Assembly: GCA_003568775.1 (NCBI GenBank)
Contig: MWMI01000002.1
Coordinates: 30,001 to 62,000 of the forward strand
Reading direction: 5' to 3'
DNA: 32,000 bases
Source: Candidatus Nanoclepta minutus
GTDB taxonomy: Archaea > Nanobdellota > Nanobdellia > Nanobdellales > Nanobdellaceae
Below are positions 25,605-32,000 of this stretch, piece by piece. Each line of letters starts with the position of its first letter. The stretch's first letter is position 1. A model generated the notes under the pieces. That model did not search any database, had not been told where the DNA came from, and was given only the letters and a program-made list of their open reading frames with translations. Both the position numbers and the translations under genes were made by a program.

Positions 25605-28123
25605 TTCCTAACTTTATTTATTAAATACTCAATCCATTTCCATATCTCTACTGCAAAGAAACAGATTAAACTTACCAATAAAACGTATAACCATCCTTCA
25701 ATTGGTAAAGGTACTGTCTTAAACCAATCTGGAACAAGATACAAAGCGATTAGCTGTAAAACCATACTCGCTAAGATCCCTAAGAAGATATATGGGTTTA
25801 TTGTAAGACTCTTCTTTACATTCTTAAAGAATGGTTCCTTCTCTTTTTGAGCCTGTATTCCATTAAACCACTGAACAACTACAGATGAAGTAAATATAAT
25901 TGAGTTCACTATCGCATATTCATAAATATTTAATAGATGCATATATAGAAATAGATTTGTCAATCCCATTAACAATCCAAAGTAAAGTATTCTAGCCATT
26001 TGATACCCATCAAAGAATAACTTTTCCGGTCTCCTAGGTAACCTATCCATTACATCTGTTTCCTCCTTACAAAGCGGGAATGTCTTATCCTGGACCCCAT
26101 CCGTAACTAAGTTAATCCATAGTATTTGAATTGCAAATAGGGGTAAAGGTAACCCCAATAGAATACTTAAAGAGATCAGTATCACCTCCCCAATAGAGGT
26201 TGATATTAAATAGTATACTACTTTCCTAAGATTATCTGCAATAACCCTTCCCTGCTTTATTGCGTCTATTATAATTCTCAAATCGTTATCAACAATCACC
26301 ATTTTTGCGACACTCTTAGCAGCTTCTGTTCCAGACCCCATTGCAATTCCTAGGTCAGCTACTCTCAATGCTGGAACATCATTAACCCCATCACCCGTAA
26401 CAGCAACTATCTCATCGTTTTCCTGCAAGACTCTTACAACTCTATATTTATGCTCCGGTAAAGCCCTTGCAATAACAGTTGTCTTCTCTAAAACCTTATA
26501 TAACTCTTTATCATCTAAGGAATCTATATCTTTTCCTGTTAATATCAAATCTCTTTCCCTCCATATACCGACCTCTTTTGCTATAGCCTTTGCCGTTAAT
26601 AAATGATCTCCTGTAATCATGATTATCCTTATCCCAGCCCTTCTAGCAACCTCTACAGCTTCTCTAACCCCTTCCTTTGGGGGATCATAAAATCCTATTA
26701 AACCAACTATCCTTATTTTCCATTTACTAAAATCATCACCGTTCCATTCCCCATAACCAAAGGCTAAAACCCTCAAACCGTTCTCCGTCATCTTTTCCAA
26801 AATTCTATCAAATTCTTTTAGATCCCTATTTATTGCTATTTCCTTCAAGGATTCATATGCTCCTTTTATAAACAAAGTTTTCTTTCCTTTAAACTCGTTT
26901 ATAGTGGCCATAAACCTATGCTTTACATCAAATGGATACTCCTTTACCCTAGGATACAGAGATCTTATCTTTTCGTATTCTTCCCCCAACCATTTAGCCA
27001 ATGCTCTATCTATAGGATCACCATGTCCATCTCTAAAGTTATTACATAAAGCCGAAACAACTTTTAGCATTTCCTCATCCTTAGCAAAAACCTCCTTAAC
27101 AGCTAATTTTCCCTCTGTTATCGTACCTGTCTTGTCTATAACTATTGTAGTTGCGCTCCCTAATACTTCAACAGCAGGTAAATATCTAACCAAAGTCTTC
27201 CTTTTGCTTAAAGCTAGTGCACCTACTACTAGCGTAAGTGTTATGACTATCGGTAAGCCTTCTGGAACAGAAGATACGAGTTGTGATATTAAAATCATAG
27301 CTATCTCAAGTATTCTCCTACCCTGATAGTATGCTATAATTCCTACAATTGTTAAAAAGAAGATTACAAAGATAACATATCTTCTCGTGAATACCTTCAA
27401 AGCTTTAATTACAGGACTCAAAGGAGGTTTTTCCTTAACCTTTTCAGTAATCCTAGCAAAATATGTCATCTTTCCCGTTCTAACGACTACACCTATACCA
27501 GACCCTCTAACAACGGTTGTACCAGATAGAGCCATGTTCTTTAATTCATAAGGTAAGGTTTCTTTGGGAAGTATCGCGGAATGATCCTTTTCTACAGGGA
27601 TAGATTCTCCAGTTATGGAAGATTCATCGATAAGTAAACCTTTGCTATCTATTAACCTTATATCTGCTGTAACTAAATCCCCTTCTGATAAAACCACTAT
27701 ATCTCCGGGGACTAGTTCTGAAGAAGGTATTTCTACTATCTTACCTTCCCTTATAACCTTAACCTTACTCTCCGTAAGCTTCTTTAGGGACCTAATAGAA
27801 ACTTCTGCCTTTATCTCCTGAAAATATCCTATAACCCCATTTGCAAAAACTAAAGAAGTTATAACAAAGAAATCCTTTATTTCACCTACCAATAAAGATA
27901 TTAAAGCTGCTATTAAAAGGATATATATTAAAGGACTATTGAACTGTCTTAAAAATATTTTCCATCTATTTATTTTCTCCTCTTCTAATGTGTTCTTACC
28001 ATAAATTTGGATCCTCTTTCTAGCTTCTCCCCAACTTAAACCATCAAGAGAAGAACCTAAACTATTTAATATATCTTCTACTTTTAAAGAATGAGGTACC
28101 TCTATTATATCTCTATTCATCAT
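25601..28123 (-). CDS. Cation-transporting P-type ATPase (P2-like; substrate not assignable)
   Basis: TGES (ITGESIPVEK), phosphorylation site DKTGTIT, MITGDH and hinge VTGDGVNDVPAL. Multiple TM segments. 840 aa. Confidence 0.95.
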   Translation of the reverse strand: MMNRDIIEVPHSLKVEDILNSLGSSLDGLSWGEARKRIQIYGKNTLEEEKINRWKIFLRQFNSPLIYILLIAALISLLVGEIKDFFVITSLVFANGVIGYFQEIKAEVSIRSLKKLTESKVKVIREGKIVEIPSSELVPGDIVVLSEGDLVTADIRLIDSKGLLIDESSITGESIPVEKDHSAILPKETLPYELKNMALSGTTVVRGSGIGVVVRTGKMTYFARITEKVKEKPPLSPVIKALKVFTRRYVIFVIFFLTIVGIIAYYQGRRILEIAMILISQLVSSVPEGLPIVITLTLVVGALALSKRKTLVRYLPAVEVLGSATTIVIDKTGTITEGKLAVKEVFAKDEEMLKVVSALCNNFRDGHGDPIDRALAKWLGEEYEKIRSLYPRVKEYPFDVKHRFMATINEFKGKKTLFIKGAYESLKEIAINRDLKEFDRILEKMTENGLRVLAFGYGEWNGDDFSKWKIRIVGLIGFYDPPKEGVREAVEVARRAGIRIIMITGDHLLTAKAIAKEVGIWRERDLILTGKDIDSLDDKELYKVLEKTTVIARALPEHKYRVVRVLQENDEIVAVTGDGVNDVPALRVADLGIAMGSGTEAAKSVAKMVIVDNDLRIIIDAIKQGRVIADNLRKVVYYLISTSIGEVILISLSILLGLPLPLFAIQILWINLVTDGVQDKTFPLCKEETDVMDRLPRRPEKLFFDGYQMARILYFGLLMGLTNLFLYMHLLNIYEYAIVNSIIFTSSVVVQWFNGIQAQKEKEPFFKNVKKSLTINPYIFLGILASMVLQLIALYLVPDWFKTVPLPIEGWLYVLLVSLICFFAVEIWKWIEYLINKVRK

Positions 28124-28430
28124 AAAAGATTATTTTTATATCCCTTTTAGGCTTTTCTATCCTTTCAAAGATATAAGTTACTATATAACTCCCGTCTTCA
28201 TTCTGTTTATATTCCTTCAAGTATACTTTCTTTCCTATCCTTTCTTCTAAGATAACCCTTAGATCTTCAAAGTAATCATAAGCCCCACAGGTAAAGCAGA
28301 TATGACCTCGAAACAAGATATCAAATTCCTTATCCCTGATCCCTAATAGTTTACATTCTGAGTTAAACTTAAGGTTGAAACCTTCTATAGCTTTTTCGAT
28401 CAACCCTTTATACATGATACAATGTATCAA
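28113..28430 (-). CDS. Small hypothetical protein translationally coupled to the P-type ATPase
   Basis: TTG start in the track; ATG at 28415 (MYKGLIEK) is more likely. Contains HICFTCGAYDYFED. Its stop overlaps the ATPase start by 11 nt. Confidence 0.5.
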   Translation of the reverse strand: MIHCIMYKGLIEKAIEGFNLKFNSECKLLGIRDKEFDILFRGHICFTCGAYDYFEDLRVILEERIGKKVYLKEYKQNEDGSYIVTYIFERIEKPKRDIKIIFYDE

Positions 28431-28470
28431 CTATTACTAATTTATAAATATGCTGAGTATTCAATTCTAG

Positions 28471-28974
28471 ATGGAGGTTAACAAAAAGGAGATAATAGAT
28501 ATAGCCCTAATCATATCTATCATTATTGTAGGGATGTTGCCTTTGTTCTTCTATCAAGGGTTTATGGAAGCTAGCCTCAAGAAAGAGTGTTTAAAGGCTA
28601 CCATAAATGCAATAAAAATAGAGATAAATAGACATCTTGAATGGTTAGAGACATCGGATGTTGAAAATAGAGGAGAAATTTTGAATAGATTAAACCAATT
28701 GATAGTTGATTTAGAAAAATACAAAGATATGAAAATAGAAGAATATACTATACCAGAGAAGAGGGAGGTTATAGGATGGATAGAAGGATCATACAAGATG
28801 GATAATTTGCTATACATAGAGAATATGACAAGATCTGGTCCCTTCTACCATATAGTCGGAATTAGAGGAAACGCTACAATCGAACCAAACAAAAAGTATT
28901 TAATGACAATATATTTAGTATATCCAAGATACTACCCATTTGAAAGCTACTATGTATATGTATACAAGTACTAA
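28471..28974 (+). CDS. N-terminally membrane-anchored hypothetical protein
   Basis: 167 aa with a single N-terminal hydrophobic helix IIDIALIISIIIVGMLPLFF. No other motif recognised. Confidence 0.5.
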   Translation: MEVNKKEIIDIALIISIIIVGMLPLFFYQGFMEASLKKECLKATINAIKIEINRHLEWLETSDVENRGEILNRLNQLIVDLEKYKDMKIEEYTIPEKREVIGWIEGSYKMDNLLYIENMTRSGPFYHIVGIRGNATIEPNKKYLMTIYLVYPRYYPFESYYVYVYKY

Positions 28975-28994
28975 GGAAATTTAAAGCGCCTTAT

Positions 28995-29435
28995 CTATTT
29001 TTTAACTTTTTCCCAAGGTTCTATTCCTCCCTCAACTATTTTAAAAATAGGATTTACCTCCAACTTATCAAGATCTATATTTTTTAATTCTTCATATTTC
29101 TTGCTATCCCTCCTTTCTAACTTCTTTAACAGATGATAATATTCATAAACTACCTGACCTTTAGTTATAGGTAACCTTTCTTCTACCTCCACAGGAATTA
29201 TCTTATTCAAATTAAACCTATAACCTCTTCTAATAGCTTCTAGATATATCTGATGAAGATAAGCGTTTATATACAACAAAGGATCTTTAGACTTCCTAAA
29301 CCTAATTAATTGAGGATGGTTCTTATAACCTTTTGTTCTACCTTCCAAAACCTTTTTGGCTAATAATCCTTCCCTCCAAACAGCCAATAAACCTTTCCTA
29401 TCCAAATATTTAGGATGTAAAGACCATAATCTCAT
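28995..29435 (-). CDS. Pyrimidine-dimer DNA glycosylase-family protein (T4 endonuclease V-like family)
   Basis: The N-terminus MRLWSLHPKYLDRKGLLAVWREGLLAKKVLEGRTKGYKNHPQLIRF matches the conserved N-terminus of this family as I remember it. Confidence 0.7.
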   Translation of the reverse strand: MRLWSLHPKYLDRKGLLAVWREGLLAKKVLEGRTKGYKNHPQLIRFRKSKDPLLYINAYLHQIYLEAIRRGYRFNLNKIIPVEVEERLPITKGQVVYEYYHLLKKLERRDSKKYEELKNIDLDKLEVNPIFKIVEGGIEPWEKVKK

Positions 29436-29449
29436 AAAAAATAAAAAAA

Positions 29450-29800
29450 TTAAATTTCCAATTCATTCTTCCATAAGCCGTGTATATTACAATAAGAGAA
29501 TGCAATTATCTTTCCTTTCTTATTTCTACTAAACCAGAACTCTACTATTGGCTCTGTATATACATCATACTCTCCATGAGCTCTGAATTCTGCTTTATAT
29601 ACTTCTACTGGATAGGGATTTCCCTCTGGCCAGAAGAATACCTGAATCCATGCTATATGATGCTCCTTAGTATTTGGATGAGGGATTTCCTTTCCTACAG
29701 ATACTCTAACTTTTACCTTATTATCCTTTTGCTCTAATACCTCTATTACTGGTACATGTTTTTCAGTCTTCCAATCAGAGGTTTGGAACATATCCTTCAC
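29450..29800 (-). CDS. sor: Superoxide reductase (neelaredoxin type)
   Basis: Close to the Pyrococcus SOR pattern: DWKTEKHVPVIE, GKEIPHPNTKEHHIAWIQVFF, YCNIHGLW. GTG start in the track; ATG at 29791 is possible. Confidence 0.9.
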   Translation of the reverse strand: MKDMFQTSDWKTEKHVPVIEVLEQKDNKVKVRVSVGKEIPHPNTKEHHIAWIQVFFWPEGNPYPVEVYKAEFRAHGEYDVYTEPIVEFWFSRNKKGKIIAFSYCNIHGLWKNELEI

Positions 29801-29880
29801 TTTAGCTCCTCAACTTCCTTTTTGCCTTTTTCTATTTCCTTAACTTGTTCGGGATCTAACCTCTTTAATACCTCTAAGAA
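29797..29880 (-). pseudogene. In-frame continuation of the ferritin-like ORF beyond its TAG
   Basis: 27 codons after the TAG (29881-29883), in the same frame, encode FLEVLKRLDPEQVKEIEKGKKEVEELK*. Joined to the upstream ORF it gives ...EEKTHVG-x-FLEVLKRLDPEQ. Confidence 0.6.
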
Positions 29881-30078
29881 CTATCCTACGTGAGTCTTCT
29901 CTTCTCTAGCTATCTCTAAGAAAACTTTTCTTAAGGTTTCGTCTTCAGCTAATGATGCTAGCTGTTCGTATAAGTTTACTGCATCCAACTCTGCAATTAA
30001 ACCTATCCTTGCAAGTTCCGCATCTCTAACTTTTCTATCTTTTATTTTATCAAATCCTTTTGGTATTTCAGAGATCAT
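29881..30078 (-). CDS. Small ferritin-like / rubrerythrin-family protein (ExxH type), interrupted by an amber codon
   Basis: ELDAVNLYEQ...IAREEKTHVG carries the ExxH di-iron-type motif of small ferritin-like (EncFtn-like) proteins. The ORF stops where homologues, as I remember them, continue HVGEF. Confidence 0.65.
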   Translation of the reverse strand: MISEIPKGFDKIKDRKVRDAELARIGLIAELDAVNLYEQLASLAEDETLRKVFLEIAREEKTHVG

Positions 30079-30106
30079 TGTTGTTTCTTTTTCTTCTTAC
30101 ACGCCA

Positions 30107-30772
30107 TTATAGTTTTTTATGACAGAACCACCAATCGAAGCATTCAATTTCGCCTTTTTTAGCTCTCTTCTCTCTATCCTCCTTATCCTTGATATTAGAA
30201 GCTGGTGGTATTATTACATCGTTTCCTACCAAGGACGAAGACTTCCATTCTAATTTATCTACATACCAGTTAGCTGGAGTTGCAACTTTGTTCTTATCTG
30301 CAGTTTGTAATGCTAGAACCAATCTATATATTTCCGTTATATTTCTTCCCGTTTCCTGTGGATAATAAACTATTGCCCTAATTACCCCTTCTGGATCTAC
30401 AATAAATACGGCCCTTACAGTATTAGTACCCTTGTATGGAGATATCATACCCAACTTCTTCGCCAATTCTCCCTGATCATCTGCTATTATTGGGAACTTT
30501 ACTTCCACTCCAAGCTTTTCCTTTATCCACTCTATCCACTTTATATGAGCAAACACTTGGTCTATAGACAACCCTATGAGCTCTGTATTTATTTCCTTAA
30601 ACTTTTCATGCATCTTTGCAAACTCTACAAACTCTGTAGTACAAACTGGTGTAAAGTCTGCTGGATGGCTAAACAAAACAAACCACTTTCCCTTAAAGTA
30701 ATCTGGTAGCTTTATCCTTCCGTGTGTTGTTGCTACTTCAACCTCTGGAAACTTTTCACCTAGTACGACCAT
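30107..30772 (-). CDS. Peroxiredoxin (archaeal Prx6-like thioredoxin peroxidase)
   Basis: The peroxidatic Cys motif [14 protein letters not shown] and the C-terminal CFDWWFCHK Cys pair resemble the Aeropyrum-type Prx. 221 aa. Confidence 0.95.
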   Translation of the reverse strand: MVVLGEKFPEVEVATTHGRIKLPDYFKGKWFVLFSHPADFTPVCTTEFVEFAKMHEKFKEINTELIGLSIDQVFAHIKWIEWIKEKLGVEVKFPIIADDQGELAKKLGMISPYKGTNTVRAVFIVDPEGVIRAIVYYPQETGRNITEIYRLVLALQTADKNKVATPANWYVDKLEWKSSSLVGNDVIIPPASNIKDKEDREKRAKKGEIECFDWWFCHKKL

Positions 30773-30822
30773 ATTATTTTATAGTACTAAAACCTTAAAA
30801 ATTTTTACTATCATAGTAAAAT

Positions 30823-31257
30823 ATGGTACGAAAACCGGAGATAGATAACATAGATGAAAGGATATTAAACTTACTAAGGGACAATAGCAGGTCATCGTAT
30901 ACAGAAATAGGAAAAATGCTAAACCTTTCAGAGGGGGCCATAAGAAAGAGAGTAAGAAAGATGATTGAAGAAGGAGTTATAAAAAAATTTACAGTAGTAA
31001 TAGACTATAAAAAGGTTGGAAAAGTAGAATCATTAACGGGAATTAACGTTTCTCCAGAAGGCTTATTAAAAGTAATAGAAGAAATAAAGAAAATTGACAA
31101 GATAGATAAGATTTATATAACAAGCGGAGATCATACTCTAATAGTTGATATAGTAGCTAACTCTTTTGAAGAACTAGATGAGATTCATAAAAAAATAGAA
31201 AGTATAGATGGTGTTATTAACGTTTATCCTGCTCCAATACTAGAGATCATAAGATAA
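30823..31257 (+). CDS. Lrp/AsnC-family transcriptional regulator
   Basis: N-terminal HTH ILNLLRDNSRSSYTEIGKMLNLSEGAIRKRVRKMIEEGVI plus a C-terminal RAM-like domain. 144 aa. Confidence 0.9.
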   Translation: MVRKPEIDNIDERILNLLRDNSRSSYTEIGKMLNLSEGAIRKRVRKMIEEGVIKKFTVVIDYKKVGKVESLTGINVSPEGLLKVIEEIKKIDKIDKIYITSGDHTLIVDIVANSFEELDEIHKKIESIDGVINVYPAPILEIIR

Positions 31258-32000
31258 TACTATCAATCCAATCTAATATCTTATTAGCTACATACTTCGC
31301 TCTCTCTGAGATCTTCCCCTCATATAGAAGATCATTAAGGTTATGAGTACCTCCCCTAACAAAATACAAATCCTTTTTCTTAGATCTTATCCTCTCATAT
31401 AAATAATAAGCACTTCTGAAATACAAAAGCTCGTCCCTAGTACCCTGAACGATTAAGGTCGGTAAATCTACTCTACTAGCATATAAAAGTAAGGAACCAT
31501 CCAAAAATAAGCCTAGTTTAAGTATTTTTTCTAGATCAAGGATCCTACATTTGGTTAAACCCAAAATTATCATCCTACCAAACATACTACTCCTAATATC
31601 TCTAGGAAAGAACTTCTCTATATTCAATTTCTTCCTTCCTGCGAATATATATTTAACTAAATAAACTAAAAAGTAAAAGGAAATCCTTCTATCGATCTTG
31701 GGTAGAACAACAACCGGAGGACTTATTAAGATAATCCCATTTATCTTTGGTTTTCTAAGAGTATAATATAGTAAAGCATAACCAGTTCTAAGGCTATATC
31801 CTAATAAAAAAATCGGCTTATTCAATCCCTTCAAACTTTTAGGGACATAGTCTATATTCTTTAGGTTCCTATACAAGAAGGGCTTCGTATTCTTAATCAG
31901 GTTATATCTTTCTATTTCAATAGCTGATAAAGTATAACCTCTTTCGTTAGCAAGTTTAGCGAAGTTGTGAAAGATCTTACTATAGGAGCATATACCATGT
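31247..32000 (-). CDS. Alpha/beta-hydrolase-fold protein (partial; runs off the window)
   Basis: The frame stays open upstream of the track's TTG start to the window edge (HGICSYSKIFHNFAKLANERGYTLSAIEIERY...). Also LLGYSLRTGYAL near the nucleophile-elbow position, GTRDE and GGTHNL. Confidence 0.7.
   Translation of the reverse strand, partial: HGICSYSKIFHNFAKLANERGYTLSAIEIERYNLIKNTKPFLYRNLKNIDYVPKSLKGLNKPIFLLGYSLRTGYALLYYTLRKPKINGIILISPPVVVLPKIDRRISFYFLVYLVKYIFAGRKKLNIEKFFPRDIRSSMFGRMIILGLTKCRILDLEKILKLGLFLDGSLLLYASRVDLPTLIVQGTRDELLYFRSAYYLYERIRSKKKDLYFVRGGTHNLNDLLYEGKISERAKYVANKILDWIDSIIL

Noticed and set aside
3314-29737. Other short overlapping ORFs in the track (3314-3505, 5452-5670, 9677-9859, 22992-23237, 25557-25850, 26904-27326, 27615-27821, 28554-28817, 29480-29737).
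   Set aside because: All are antisense to, or overlap, longer ORFs with recognisable domains. Their composition is typical of shadow frames in AT-rich DNA.
1-32000. Search for tRNA, rRNA or other structured RNA genes as GC-rich islands in the AT-rich background, and for transposase or integrase genes.
   Set aside because: No GC-rich segment of about 70-90 nt with cloverleaf-like complementarity was seen, and no recombinase motifs were found in any long ORF. Absence by eye is not proof.

Overview
Visibly AT-rich archaeal chromosomal segment. The gene families, TTG/GTG starts and the ATTGAAAG-type CRISPR repeat suggest an anaerobic thermophile, possibly Thermoproteota-like, but no taxon can be assigned from this window. 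It has three parts. (1) 1-10.9 kb is an accessory, decay-rich region. It holds a PaREP1/HEPN-like two-gene cassette, a zinc-ribbon/TM gene, two convergent transglutaminase-like genes, and one intact COG1373-type AAA+ ATPase plus three orphan relics of that gene's 3' end. It also holds a multi-wHTH gene that looks broken by a frameshift and an amber codon, a large orphan HTH protein and a MoxR-like AAA+ ATPase. (2) 10.9-22.7 kb is a CRISPR array of 44 repeats of 28 nt with 43 spacers (10943-13955). It is inferred to be transcribed on the minus strand from a leader next to cas2. A complete type I cas set follows (cas2, cas1, cas5-cas7-cas8, cas3-cas4-cas6) with I-B-like gene content, split into four transcription units. 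(3) 22.7-32 kb looks like ordinary chromosome: a SAM methyltransferase, a PRTase-domain protein, a P-type ATPase operon, a pyrimidine-dimer glycosylase, superoxide reductase, an amber-interrupted ferritin-like gene, peroxiredoxin, Lrp/AsnC and a partial alpha/beta hydrolase. Most notable: one spacer (12359-12398) is an in-frame, wobble-diverged match (31/40) to the MoxR-like ATPase gene that abuts the trailer end of the same array. This implies that the gene belongs to a mobile-element gene family this CRISPR system has encountered. No tRNA, rRNA or transposase was recognised. All calls are by eye from motifs and the ORF track; no database search was possible.
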